The notes under the pieces are model-generated. The model was given only the letters and a program-made list of their open reading frames with translations. It was not told the origin of the DNA and did no database searches. Shown here piece by piece: positions 1 through 9,198 of a DNA stretch of 64,000 nucleotides. Origin of the DNA: a virus (Duplodnaviria > Caudoviricetes); IMG/VR virus record IMGVR_UViG_3300014205_000007, positions 1 to 64,000 of that record; one strand, given 5' to 3'. A program made the position numbers and the translations under genes. Each line of letters begins with the position of its first letter. Position 1 is the first letter of the stretch.

Positions 1-342
1 ACGCGCTGACGGCGTTTGACGAGAGGCTGAAAGCGAACCCGCGCGACGATGACGGGGATGCGTTCTTCCGCCTCTATGGGCTGTCGTCGGGTCACGTGCT
101 GACCGTTGCCGATATCGACGACCTGGAGAAGGTTCTCAACGACTACAACGACGAGCTCGGCGCGAGCAGTGATGCATACCACGCCGCGCGCGAGCAGGTG
201 CTGCGCGAGATCGGCGGTGACGAGCTGGTCCAAGCCGCCGCGTTGGCCGACAAATGGCAGTCGAAAGTCGCCGTCGATAGAGCGCTCGCCCATTTCTACT
301 CCGTGGCTGCCGAGCACGAAGCCAAGGCCAAGGGTATCACCA

Positions 343-600
343 ATGGGAAGTGAGAATAACGCCATCGCGTACCTCGCAACAGAAATGCTGGAGGCGCTGA
401 AGGCGGCTGAGAAGGCCGACGCCATCCACTGCAAATGCCAGGAGTGCGAGGACGGTGCCCAGGCGCCAGAGGTATGCGAGCACTGCTTCCCGAGCGCCGA
501 CGATGCCCGCGTTCTCCGCCGCAACATATTGGCAAAAGCCGGTTTGGCGATGCGAAGGGCGAAGGCGCAACTCAACCGGGAGGGAGGGACTAATGGGTGA
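343..600 (+). CDS. Phage hypothetical protein with a Cys-rich Zn-binding motif
   Basis: HCKCQEC...CEHC; ATG at 343 overlaps the preceding ORF. Confidence 0.6.
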   Translation: MGSENNAIAYLATEMLEALKAAEKADAIHCKCQECEDGAQAPEVCEHCFPSADDARVLRRNILAKAGLAMRRAKAQLNREGGTNG

Positions 601-877
601 GGATTTAATGGGGTTGACGCCATCGGAGCAGGGCTCCTCGGCTGCGCTGCGCGCGCAAGAGACATTCTGGCTGGTCGAATGGCCTGATGACGACAACATG
701 CCTATTCGCTGGTGGCACCCCGTCATCGGCTGGGTGCGCGACGCCAACAAGGCGCTGCGCCTGTTTCGCAAAGCCGACGCCGATGCGGTGATTGCAGCCA
801 GTCGTTTCATGAGTGGCGGAGCCATACGGGCGACCGAGCACAAGCTTCTAGAGACCGGACGGGGAGGCAACACGTGA
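593..877 (+). CDS. Phage hypothetical protein
   Basis: GGAGGG RBS; overlaps both neighbours; WVRDANKALRLF motif. Confidence 0.65.
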   Translation: MGEDLMGLTPSEQGSSAALRAQETFWLVEWPDDDNMPIRWWHPVIGWVRDANKALRLFRKADADAVIAASRFMSGGAIRATEHKLLETGRGGNT

Positions 878-1224
878 CCTATCCGTTTGCCGGTTACGAC
901 CAGTGGAAAGAAGCCCAGAACGACTACTGCCCAGACCGCGGCGAGCCGGAGCGCGAACTGGTGCTCTGCTTCGCATGCGCGGGCACCGGCATGGATTGTG
1001 CCGAAGGCGACGACGGCGGCATGCATTACGTCGCATGCGAAGCGTGTGGCGGCTCTGGCGACATGCCGGATTGGGAAGCGCTGCCGTGTGGCGCCAACCA
1101 GCCGCGCGGCTTGAGCGCAGGCGTCGAGCCCGATGGCGCGGCGCCGTCAACATCATCATCCGCAGGGGCGTCAACTCAAGATCCCGCCAAGGCCAAAGCC
1201 TCTACAGGAGGCGGACATGGGTAA
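874..1224 (+). CDS. Small protein with DnaJ-type CxxCxGxG zinc finger
   Basis: CFACAGTG and CEACGGSG; GTGA overlap. Confidence 0.65.
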   Translation: MTYPFAGYDQWKEAQNDYCPDRGEPERELVLCFACAGTGMDCAEGDDGGMHYVACEACGGSGDMPDWEALPCGANQPRGLSAGVEPDGAAPSTSSSAGASTQDPAKAKASTGGGHG

Positions 1225-1495
1225 GGCAGAAGCCAAAAAACGGGCGGATGCCGGGGGCATCTCGATAGCCGAACTGCGGGCCATGATCGTCAGCGCGCGC
1301 GGACGCGGTGGCCCATGCCGCATCAACGCACAGCTCACCCATGAGCATGCTTGCGACATCTTCTGGCGAGCGCTCGAAGGCCGGGCAGACGACGAGGTGC
1401 CGAAAACGTTGACGCCCGACATCTATCGGGCTGGCCGCATGCGCGCGACGCGAGACCACCTTACCATCTGCAACATTTTGCGCTGCTGCGCATAG
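1217..1495 (+). CDS. Phage hypothetical protein
   Basis: AGGAGG RBS before the ATG at 1217. Confidence 0.6.
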   Translation: MGKAEAKKRADAGGISIAELRAMIVSARGRGGPCRINAQLTHEHACDIFWRALEGRADDEVPKTLTPDIYRAGRMRATRDHLTICNILRCCA

Positions 1496-1508
1496 GAGGC
1501 GGACAGCC

Positions 1509-1718
1509 ATGACAGCACACGCTCAGGAGAGTCCACGCGACCAGCGTCTTATGCTCCGGCTGGAATTCGATGGCGGAGCGTTCTTGGCGTTCTTCCCTGC
1601 TACGCACTCCGCCGAAGACCTCGATGACATTCAGGCAGCGTGGCACATCCTCATGAAATCGCTGCGGCGGCGAGTTGATGCCGCCCCACCCACCTACAAC
1701 CCTACAGGTGAGGAATGA
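1509..1718 (+). CDS. Phage hypothetical protein
   Basis: AGGAGG RBS; ATGA overlap with the next gene. Confidence 0.6.
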   Translation: MTAHAQESPRDQRLMLRLEFDGGAFLAFFPATHSAEDLDDIQAAWHILMKSLRRRVDAAPPTYNPTGEE

Positions 1719-1999
1719 CACAGGAGACGCCCTTCGTCAGCTCGCCGACGCGTTTGCCGGCGGACGATTTCGAACTTCATGTGGCGGCGACGACAGCACT
1801 TGAGCCGTGCCCGTTCTGCGGCATGTCGCCTCTCACCTTCACAGAGCAGAACCCGACGACAAAACTCTTCATCGTGCGCGTCATCTGCCCGGATTGCTTC
1901 CTCTCGATGAGCTGTTGCATGTCGCGGGATGGGGCGCGGGCGGAGGTTCTGCAGCGCTGGTCGCACCGCGTCACCCCAACATCTAAGGAGGGGGAGTAG
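1715..1999 (+). CDS. Lar-family restriction alleviation-like Zn-ribbon protein
   Basis: LEPCPFCG...VICPDC...AEVLQRWSHR pattern. Confidence 0.7.
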   Translation: MTQETPFVSSPTRLPADDFELHVAATTALEPCPFCGMSPLTFTEQNPTTKLFIVRVICPDCFLSMSCCMSRDGARAEVLQRWSHRVTPTSKEGE

Positions 2000-2764
2000 A
2001 TGCCCGCATTCGTGGTTGAGGACGGCGATATCTACGAACCCGGCGCGGTCATCGTTTTCGCGACGTCCGATATCGTCGCTCGGCGCAAGGGCGCCGCTCA
2101 ATTGGGCCACGACGAGATCGGCGGCTTGACCTGTCGCCGTGTCAAATGGGCTGACGAATTCGAGGAGGCCAAGGCCGTCCCCGCCACAGCCATGCTCGCC
2201 AACGGTTGGTCGCTGACGTGCTCTGGCTGCGAGCAACTAATTTACGATGGAGGCACGGTCACCCGATACACAGAGGACGATGAGGAATACGAAGAAGAGG
2301 TAAACCCGGTCGGCACACAGCACTGCTGCTATTGCTCGCCGGAATGCCAGAAGCGCGACCATGACGAGCGCGCACGGCGCAAACGTGGCGAACTGCGGTT
2401 CTGGCATGCGCTCGCGCGCGAGGCGGTCCGGAAGCTGCCGGGGATCACGATAGAGCCCGAGAAGACGGAAGGCGTCTGGTCTGGCCATCATCATCGTTAC
2501 TTCGGTGCGCACACAAAGAGCGGCCGTGACCGCGCGTTGTGTTTCGTGGTCCGCTTCACCTTTCCTGGATCGAAATACGGCGGCAGTTACCGCTACGATC
2601 TCGACTATGAAGCGTCGAGGGGCGAGCGGCAGGTTCTGATCGCCAACGGCGACATGGCAGCGTGGGAAGCCTTTCGTTCCGACGCATCGCGCGCCTGCGC
2701 GATAGCCGCCTCTGGCGGCGTCACATCCAATCCCACCATAGATGCCTCAACTAAAGAGGACTGA
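2000..2764 (+). CDS. Phage hypothetical protein (CxxC / YCSxEC)
   Basis: 254-aa ORF with a strong RBS; GWSLTCSGCE and YCSPEC. Confidence 0.75.
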   Translation: MPAFVVEDGDIYEPGAVIVFATSDIVARRKGAAQLGHDEIGGLTCRRVKWADEFEEAKAVPATAMLANGWSLTCSGCEQLIYDGGTVTRYTEDDEEYEEEVNPVGTQHCCYCSPECQKRDHDERARRKRGELRFWHALAREAVRKLPGITIEPEKTEGVWSGHHHRYFGAHTKSGRDRALCFVVRFTFPGSKYGGSYRYDLDYEASRGERQVLIANGDMAAWEAFRSDASRACAIAASGGVTSNPTIDASTKED

Positions 2765-2767
2765 GAT

Positions 2768-2962
2768 ATGATTGCCTGTCCGACGCGAGAACGCATCCGG
2801 AAATACCTTGGCAAACGCCCGGGCGCGACGCTGCGCGAGATACAGCAGGCGTGCGCAATTTCCTCTGTCAGCGTTGTTCACTTCCACATCAAGCAAATGG
2901 AGCGCGGGGCATGTCCGCACTGCGGTCGCCCCATGCCAAAGTCATCCAAGGTGAAGCCATGA
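2768..2962 (+). CDS. Mini winged-HTH (LexA DNA-binding-domain-like) with C-terminal CPHCG
   Basis: ATLREIQQACAISSVSVVHFHIKQME resembles the LexA N-terminal HTH. Confidence 0.6.
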   Translation: MIACPTRERIRKYLGKRPGATLREIQQACAISSVSVVHFHIKQMERGACPHCGRPMPKSSKVKP

Positions 2963-3597
2963 CAGACATAGCGGGACTTGTGAAGACGCTGCGCGTGCCC
3001 GTCTATTTTGACGGCTGCGGTGTGACGAATGCGGACCGGGCAGCGGCTGCCAACCGTCTCGAAGCCCTGGAAGCAGAGGTGGTGAGGCTGAAGACGGCGT
3101 TCGCGCTCGCGATAAAGTATGTCCGCGACGCCGGGAGCGATTGGGACAAAATACAAGCCGCCCTCTCCGGCGCCCAAGGCGAACGCCTCTCCCAGCCATC
3201 ACCGAACGCGAGTGGCACCCTGCAACTCGGGGCTGCTCGACAGGGGCCGGGCGTAGTAGTGGCGCATCAGCATGGCGCTGCGAATGGCCCGGCTCCGCTC
3301 TCCCAGCCATCACCGGAAGCTCTAGATGTGACGGCTCCGGCCACGGGCCGTTCGCCTATCGCGCAAGGGCGCGATGAATTGTTGAATATCCGCGACCTGA
3401 TTTTCTTCGAGTTGGCCGGCCCCGAAGAACCTGGCAACCCAGACGATATGCTGGCAACAGCGGATCGTATCGCCAACGTCGTCCTCTTTCACTTGCGCGC
3501 GCAGCGCAGCCGGAGCGCCGTAAGCGACGGCGTCAACCCGACAACCTCCGATGTTCCATCTACCGCGCAAGAGCAAGATGAAGGGGCTGTGGAATGA
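2959..3597 (+). CDS. Mosaic phage hypothetical protein
   Basis: ATGA overlaps; internal LSQPSP repeat. Confidence 0.6.
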   Translation: MTDIAGLVKTLRVPVYFDGCGVTNADRAAAANRLEALEAEVVRLKTAFALAIKYVRDAGSDWDKIQAALSGAQGERLSQPSPNASGTLQLGAARQGPGVVVAHQHGAANGPAPLSQPSPEALDVTAPATGRSPIAQGRDELLNIRDLIFFELAGPEEPGNPDDMLATADRIANVVLFHLRAQRSRSAVSDGVNPTTSDVPSTAQEQDEGAVE

Positions 3598-3830
3598 CAG
3601 TTGAGCCGACCGCCTTCCTCGTCCGGTTACGTGACCGGTTATTCGGTGAGGCCAAGGCCCTCGCAGATGAACTTGATGGGCGCCCCTGCGGGCAGCCGGA
3701 GTGGGGGCGCACGTCGAAACTTCTCAACCGGATCGAAGACGTCTCAGACGCCATCCGCTCCAACGCATCGGCGCATGCCGATAGCCCGTCTTCTTCGGGC
3801 GTCACATCCAACACCCTCCACCACCAGTAA
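3594..3830 (+). CDS. Phage hypothetical protein
   Basis: ATGA overlap; last gene of the early run. Confidence 0.55.
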   Translation: MTVEPTAFLVRLRDRLFGEAKALADELDGRPCGQPEWGRTSKLLNRIEDVSDAIRSNASAHADSPSSSGVTSNTLHHQ

Positions 3831-4012
3831 GCAGCGCGAGCGTGGAGCCACGCCGGTCTAGTGGCCACTGTCCCATCTACGCTCTCAGGGAACCGGCCCC
3901 GCTGCGCGTACTGGTAACAACACGAAGTAAGGTTGTAGAGATAGGGTTCGTTTTGAAGTTTTTCCGCGACTCAGATAGTCCAGGATTTATTGGGGTTATG
4001 GAGTGTGGGGCA

Positions 4013-4645
4013 ATGACAGCTATCGAAAAGTCAGCGAAACGACATGATTCGGAACCTGAAAAGCTTCGCAGAATGGAGCCCTTTACCAGGGATGACCTGC
4101 AACTCATAAGAGCGTTCATGCGCTCGACCAACGCATCCACCCGCGACAGAGCCCTTCTGGAGGTTGGCGTCGACTCCATGTTGCGCTGCGGGGATCTGTT
4201 ACGACTCCGCATATCAGATGTGAAAGACATCAATGGTCGCATACGCACCGATTTATCTTATGCGACCAAGAAGACTGGCGCGACCATAAACATAGGTCTT
4301 ACAGACAAGACGCGCGCACTCCTAGAGAGCCTGATCCGTGAGGAGGAGAAGTGGGAGGACGACTATTTATTTACCCAAGATCGGCAACCACACGCATCAA
4401 GTCCGCTGACGGAGGCTGCGTTTCGTCGTATTATAAAGCAGTGGGCGCGTGCAGCACACCAAGACCCGGATAATTATTCTGGGCACTCCCTGCGACGCAC
4501 CAAGGCTGTGTTCCTTTACCGTCAAACCAAGGACTACGAGATGATTAGGGTTGCCCTCGGACATGAATCCCTAGCGCACACGATAAAGTACCTTGGCATC
4601 AAGGGCAAAGATGCCGCGATGACGGCTCGTAGTTTTGACCTTTAG
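4013..4645 (+). CDS. Short tyrosine recombinase (catalytic domain only, ~210 aa)
   Basis: RDRALL..LRCGDL (R), KKTG (K), HSLRRT (HxxR), LGH, Y in TIKYLG. Confidence 0.93.
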   Translation: MTAIEKSAKRHDSEPEKLRRMEPFTRDDLQLIRAFMRSTNASTRDRALLEVGVDSMLRCGDLLRLRISDVKDINGRIRTDLSYATKKTGATINIGLTDKTRALLESLIREEEKWEDDYLFTQDRQPHASSPLTEAAFRRIIKQWARAAHQDPDNYSGHSLRRTKAVFLYRQTKDYEMIRVALGHESLAHTIKYLGIKGKDAAMTARSFDL

Positions 4646-4815
4646 GCACGGGGCGCTTACTCTGCCGTTGAGATCACCCCCTTTCCCCAGTTGTGTTGCT
4701 GATGAGCCCCGTTGACGAGGGCGAATCACGTTAAACATGGTCCCCTCGTTCTCAGCGGGCATGAGCGTACACCGCCGCTGCTTGACCATTTTTAAACAAC
4801 CGGGGGAAAATACCC

Positions 4816-5949
4816 ATGGAACTACGCGCCAAGCGGTGGCTGGCTTTTTCTGGCCTCCTCGTCTCAACTGTTATCTTTTTGCCTGTCAGCAACGTTCAAG
4901 CTGCCGATAAGGCGGTCGGATCGGACGGCGTTGCTGACCTTGAGGAACGTGTTGCGGAGCTTGAAGCAACCGTTGCCCGGAAAGGCAACCGCAAGGTCAG
5001 TCTTGTCGTATCGGGCCAGATCAACAAAGCTGTAGTCTGGGTGGACGGCGAAGGCAGTCAGGTTCAGGACAATAGCGCTTCAGAATCTTATATCTCATTG
5101 AGCGGAGAAGCAAAGGTTCGCGCTGATTTCAAGGTTGGCTACGTGCTTCAGGTTGGCGTTGGCGAATATGAATCGTTTGGCGACGACAGCAACGGCATCT
5201 ACGTACGCCAGTCCTATCTTTACCTCGATACCCGGTTGGGTAAGTTCTCTCTCGGCCAGCAATCCTTGGCGACGGATTCAATTACCGAGTTGACCACGGC
5301 CAATACGGCGGTAGCGGTTCGGCCGCTTTCCTTCCGGCCTCTTACCGGCACCGACGACCGTGCCGATATCTTCGATGGATATCGCGTCAATGCGGTTCGT
5401 TATGACACCCCGGACCTGCGAGGGTTTGTTGCATCTGCGGCCTGGGCACAGGATGGCGATGTTTGGGATATCGCCGTTCGTCATGCCAGTGAAGTTGGGC
5501 AGTTCAAAATTGCTGCCGGGCTCGGGTTCCGCAATGAAACGGTTGAGTTTTCCACCAAGGACTCTAAGACCTATTCCGGATCGGCCTCTGTCCTGCACAT
5601 TCCGACTGGTGTATTTCTGACCGGCGTCGCCGCCAAAGTCGAGGATGGATATTATGATCTTGGGTTTGGGTCTGCCTCTGTTTCATCGGCAAAGGCATGG
5701 CAGTTACATGGTGGCGTCGAGGAGCGGTGGACGGATCTCGGCAAGACGACGATCTACGCTGAATACGGGGACGTCAAGTTTGACGGAGCGGACGACAGTT
5801 TGAAGATCTACGGCCTTGGGGTGGTTCAGGCGGTCGATGCGGCGGCCCTCGATGTCTATCTCGCGTGGCGCCGCTATGAGGCAGACGGCCTGATCGAGGA
5901 TGCCTCGCATCTCGATACGGTTATCGGTGGGGCACGTATTCGCTTCTAA
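4816..5949 (+). CDS. Outer-membrane porin (alphaproteobacterial type)
   Basis: Signal peptide (..VQA/AD), DLEERVAELEATVARKGNRKVSL N-terminus, RYDTP motif, amphipathic beta strands, C-terminal GARIRF. Confidence 0.88.
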   Translation: MELRAKRWLAFSGLLVSTVIFLPVSNVQAADKAVGSDGVADLEERVAELEATVARKGNRKVSLVVSGQINKAVVWVDGEGSQVQDNSASESYISLSGEAKVRADFKVGYVLQVGVGEYESFGDDSNGIYVRQSYLYLDTRLGKFSLGQQSLATDSITELTTANTAVAVRPLSFRPLTGTDDRADIFDGYRVNAVRYDTPDLRGFVASAAWAQDGDVWDIAVRHASEVGQFKIAAGLGFRNETVEFSTKDSKTYSGSASVLHIPTGVFLTGVAAKVEDGYYDLGFGSASVSSAKAWQLHGGVEERWTDLGKTTIYAEYGDVKFDGADDSLKIYGLGVVQAVDAAALDVYLAWRRYEADGLIEDASHLDTVIGGARIRF

Positions 5950-5969
5950 TCTTTTTCAGGGCGCGGGGT

Positions 5970-6004
5970 GCAAACGGCCTCCTCTGTGGGGCCGTTTGCT
6001 TTTT
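5970..6004 (+). terminator. Rho-independent terminator after the porin
   Basis: gcaaacggcc...ggccgtttgc stem followed by a T-run. Confidence 0.8.
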
Positions 6005-6123
6005 GGCCACACGGTATAAACTTCTCGCCATCGCGGGAGGTTTCTAGTTTACGGCGCGGGTATATCAGATATTATTTGGATTGCGCATTTACTTCCCTTG
6101 CGCACCCTCCCAATCGCCAAACT

Positions 6124-6151
6124 GGGCCGCCTTAACTGGCGGCTCTTTTTT
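6124..6151 (+). terminator. Terminator-like hairpin
   Basis: gggccgcc-ttaact-ggcggctc followed by tttttt. Confidence 0.55.
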
Positions 6152-6215
6152 GTTACCTCGCGAGTGGAATCTGCTATCCTCAAAGCAGAGTTGCGGAGAC
6201 GAGGGGAAGCCCAGC

Positions 6216-6584
6216 GTGAAGAAGTCGGATGATGATTTTGAGGCTGTTGCTTGGTTGAAGTGCGCCGAAAGCCGCAACGACCCAGACTATCTATCTGGCC
6301 TTGAAGAGAAGATGCGTGTCGTTGACGATATCGCATCCTCCGTCAATTCGGTTGTCCTATTTAGGGACGGGAAGAGGAACAGGGTCGAGGTCGGATTGGC
6401 CAGACCTTCCAGGACGGCAGAGGCAACGAACGTTGCCGCCCAGCTCGGGCTTCTACTGGAGGCACCCGTGAGAGTAGTTGAAACCCCACAAGCGGGAAAT
6501 GCCCCGGACGTCCCACAGAAATACATCAACAAGCCACCGCACAAGTTTTTCAGATCGGACGTGACGTTTTCAAAGAGGCGGTAG
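6216..6584 (+). CDS. Hypothetical protein
   Basis: GAGGGG RBS before the GTG at 6216; no recognisable motif. Confidence 0.5.
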   Translation: MKKSDDDFEAVAWLKCAESRNDPDYLSGLEEKMRVVDDIASSVNSVVLFRDGKRNRVEVGLARPSRTAEATNVAAQLGLLLEAPVRVVETPQAGNAPDVPQKYINKPPHKFFRSDVTFSKRR

Positions 6585-6840
6585 TGGGTAACGATGACCA
6601 CTACCGCGTCGATTGCTAATTGCCTAACCTTCTTTAGCTCGCTCACTTTGCTTCTCCTACGTGGACTCAGGACGACGATAATAGGTGAACGCGCGTACGT
6701 GCCATCGTGGTGTTACCGCTTTCTCCCCTGACACGGCGTTCTCCATCTGCGCGCTCACGGCGCCACGTAGATCGCCACGGACTTAGGTAGCAAACGCAGG
6801 AAGTCCAACATGGAGAACAATCGCGTGATTTGCGATCCTG

Positions 6841-7284
6841 ATGGGCATGGGAAAGCCCTACCAGAACACGATCAGCGGCCTACTGAAGAAGCGCTCGGAG
6901 TTAATGGGCGATGCCCAGAGACTGAGGGAGCAGCTAGCGCACGTCGGCAACGACATAGAGGCGTTGGACCGGACGCTGATGTCGCTCGGCTACCAAGGGA
7001 ACCTCAAATCCGTACAGCCTCGCGGCAACCGCGTGGTCTTCTTCGCGCGGGACGAGTTGCGGCGTTTCCTACTGGACGAGTTGCGCAAGGCGACGGGGCC
7101 GATCAGCAGCCGCGATCTAGCGGAGAAGATCATAGGGCTGGAGGGCAAGGACGCTCACGACCGGCGCTTGCGCAACGACATGGTCAAGCGAGTTGGCAAG
7201 AGTCTCAAACTGCTTCGTCAGCAAGGGGTGGCTGTCAGCCAGAGGAGCGAGCACGGTCACATATTATGGAAACTTGGCCGTTAG
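6841..7284 (+). CDS. IS passenger: coiled-coil plus wHTH-like hypothetical protein
   Basis: Helical N-terminus (GLLKKRSELMG), then GPISSRDLAEKII. Confidence 0.7.
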   Translation: MGMGKPYQNTISGLLKKRSELMGDAQRLREQLAHVGNDIEALDRTLMSLGYQGNLKSVQPRGNRVVFFARDELRRFLLDELRKATGPISSRDLAEKIIGLEGKDAHDRRLRNDMVKRVGKSLKLLRQQGVAVSQRSEHGHILWKLGR

Positions 7285-7772
7285 CTGACTTTCTCTGCTC
7301 CCGGCTTTATGTTGTAAAAGACCCTCATTTGCGACCGACATCCCGGGCACTGATAGATTTCAAACGACTTATCCTTGTCGCGACCCTGGGCCTGCAGAAT
7401 CGATTTAGCCCCGCGCTCGTAGCAATTTGTGCACAACCAATGCGGTGGTGCGGAGCCCTTTGCCTCTTCCTTCAAAACATAGGCAAACGCACCGGTGTAG
7501 ACGGACTTGAGTTCGTATTTCTGCTTCTCAGCATCCCATGCTTTAAGGCCAGCAACTTCTTTTTCAAGCTCGCGTACACGCTCCAGCATCGCCATCTGGT
7601 CCTGCTGGGCCGTCAGTGCGCATCCTTGGGCGGCAAGGATTACTCCGTTGAGTTCGATGAGCTTCGTTTGAAAGGATGCAGCATCCCGCAGTCCTATCAT
7701 CGCCTTTACGATCTCGCCTGCCGACTTGAGAGAGCTGGCTACACCCGCAATTGATCCAATATCCATTTCCAC
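7281..7772 (-). CDS. IS passenger: coiled-coil plus C-terminal Zn ribbon
   Basis: PHWLCTNCYERGAKSILQ...CPGC. Confidence 0.75.
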   Translation of the reverse strand: MEMDIGSIAGVASSLKSAGEIVKAMIGLRDAASFQTKLIELNGVILAAQGCALTAQQDQMAMLERVRELEKEVAGLKAWDAEKQKYELKSVYTGAFAYVLKEEAKGSAPPHWLCTNCYERGAKSILQAQGRDKDKSFEIYQCPGCRSQMRVFYNIKPGAEKVS

Positions 7773-7805
7773 CGACCCTCAACAAAGACTGACACCATAC
7801 CGCAT

Positions 7806-8765
7806 TCAGGGGCGGCGTTGCCAGTAGCCCTTCCAATTCCTCGACACCGGATGCGCCATCGCGAGTTTGAGCACGTTCTTAGCAAGCATGCCGTTGGACT
7901 GGCGACGGTGGTCCTCCAGCCATGCGGCATGCGCGGCGTACTGGTGCAGGTGACGCGGCGAGACGTGGTGATGTTGTCCGTCCACCATCTTGCGAAGGCG
8001 AGCTAAAAAGCTCTCGGCTTGGTTGGTGCACGCGCCGTTGAGCGAATACGCTTCGCTGTGGTTGATACGCTTAGTCTGGAACTTCGCGTGCAGCGCATCC
8101 CAATGGCTGGCTTCGTCAGCGTGGACGATAGAGCCTGGCTGCACGACCTTGGCGACGAATGCGACGCCATCGGCTTCCGACTTCGTCACCGTCGTCTTGG
8201 TGCGCCCGTTGCGCTCGCGGGCGATGACGACGACTCGGCGCTTGCCGGTCTGATTTTCCAGCTTGCGGCGGTCCACGCGATCTTCCTTGAGATTGGCGGG
8301 ACGGATGTGACCGCCGAAGTATGCGCCGTCGACCTCCACCGTACCACTCAGCGTCTCGCCAGCAATTTCCGAAGCCATCGCCTCACGCAGTTTGTGAGCG
8401 AGCACGAAGGCCGTCTTGTGCTGGCAGTCGAGATCGCGGGCAAGCTGAAGAGCGGAGACGCCCTTAGCGCCGTTAACGAGGATGACGATGGCGGCGACGA
8501 GATCGACGTAGGCCATTTTGCGGCTGGCGAGGATCGTACCCGACGTGGCGGAGAAGTGGTGCTTGCAAGCCTTGCACTCGTGCTTGCGGCGGCTCATTAT
8601 GTCGTAGGTTTCGACTGACCCGCACTTGGGGCAAACCGGCTGGCCATTGGTTTCCGGCCAGCGCATTTCCTTGAACAGAGCCCATGCGTTCTCCTCGCCG
8701 CCCGCGTATACCTCGCGGACGCTGATCGAGCGCGCGGTCGCGCTGAGGAGGAAGTGTTGAGCCAT
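7806..8765 (-). CDS. tnpA: IS1595-family DDE transposase
   Basis: RWP..PVCPKCG..CKAC Zn ribbon, HTH (GVSALQLARDL), EVDGAYFGG, HADE, INHS, TNQAES. Confidence 0.95.
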   Translation of the reverse strand: MAQHFLLSATARSISVREVYAGGEENAWALFKEMRWPETNGQPVCPKCGSVETYDIMSRRKHECKACKHHFSATSGTILASRKMAYVDLVAAIVILVNGAKGVSALQLARDLDCQHKTAFVLAHKLREAMASEIAGETLSGTVEVDGAYFGGHIRPANLKEDRVDRRKLENQTGKRRVVVIARERNGRTKTTVTKSEADGVAFVAKVVQPGSIVHADEASHWDALHAKFQTKRINHSEAYSLNGACTNQAESFLARLRKMVDGQHHHVSPRHLHQYAAHAAWLEDHRRQSNGMLAKNVLKLAMAHPVSRNWKGYWQRRP

Positions 8766-8869
8766 ATCACCGGTCAACTAAATTAGCTGACCTCATACGT
8801 AATGGCTGATATGGCTTACGTCAACCAAAAAAGTTGACGCCGCCGAAAATAATCGTATGCTCGCGAATC

Positions 8870-9085
8870 ATGAGCCCTGAACAGGTCCGCGCTGCACGGA
8901 ATTGGCTGGCTTGGACGCAGGCTGAATTAGCCGAGCGCGCCAAAGTCGGCTTATCAACGATCAAGGATTTGGAGAGCGGAAAGAGGACGCCAATTGCCAA
9001 TAATCTTGAGGCAATTCAAAGGGCACTCGAGTCCGCAGGGATGTCGTTCGGTCCGAACTCGGTTTCCGGTCCGAGGAGGGCCTAG
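8870..9085 (+). CDS. XRE-family HTH regulator (IS passenger)
   Basis: QVRAARNWLAWTQAELAERAKVGLSTIKDLESGKR. Confidence 0.9.
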   Translation: MSPEQVRAARNWLAWTQAELAERAKVGLSTIKDLESGKRTPIANNLEAIQRALESAGMSFGPNSVSGPRRA

Positions 9086-9198
9086 TTGCTAGACGTGTTG
9101 CGGCAATAAGCCTACATTAGCGCCACGCGGAGGCCGCTTGCGCGACCTCCAACGTGGCTACGCTGATAAGGCGGCCTGCCACATGGGATACTCCTTTC

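Noticed and set aside
4699-4745. Hammerhead-like CTGATGA-gccc..gggc-GAA between the recombinase and the porin
   Set aside because: The core reads GAAT rather than GAAA, and I could not build stem I and stem III around a cleavage triplet; at most a degenerate remnant
3831-4815. attP/attL site beside the recombinase
   Set aside because: No tRNA fragment or duplicated core was identifiable, and phage-like genes continue on both sides
7258-7275. dif-like half site (atattatggaaac)
   Set aside because: It lies inside a coding region and has no matching XerC arm
6810-7754. Long alternative-frame or antisense ORFs (e.g. 6810-7754, 23142-24137, 26974-28047, 47289-48248)
   Set aside because: Shadow ORFs of better-supported genes in GC-rich DNA, with no motifs
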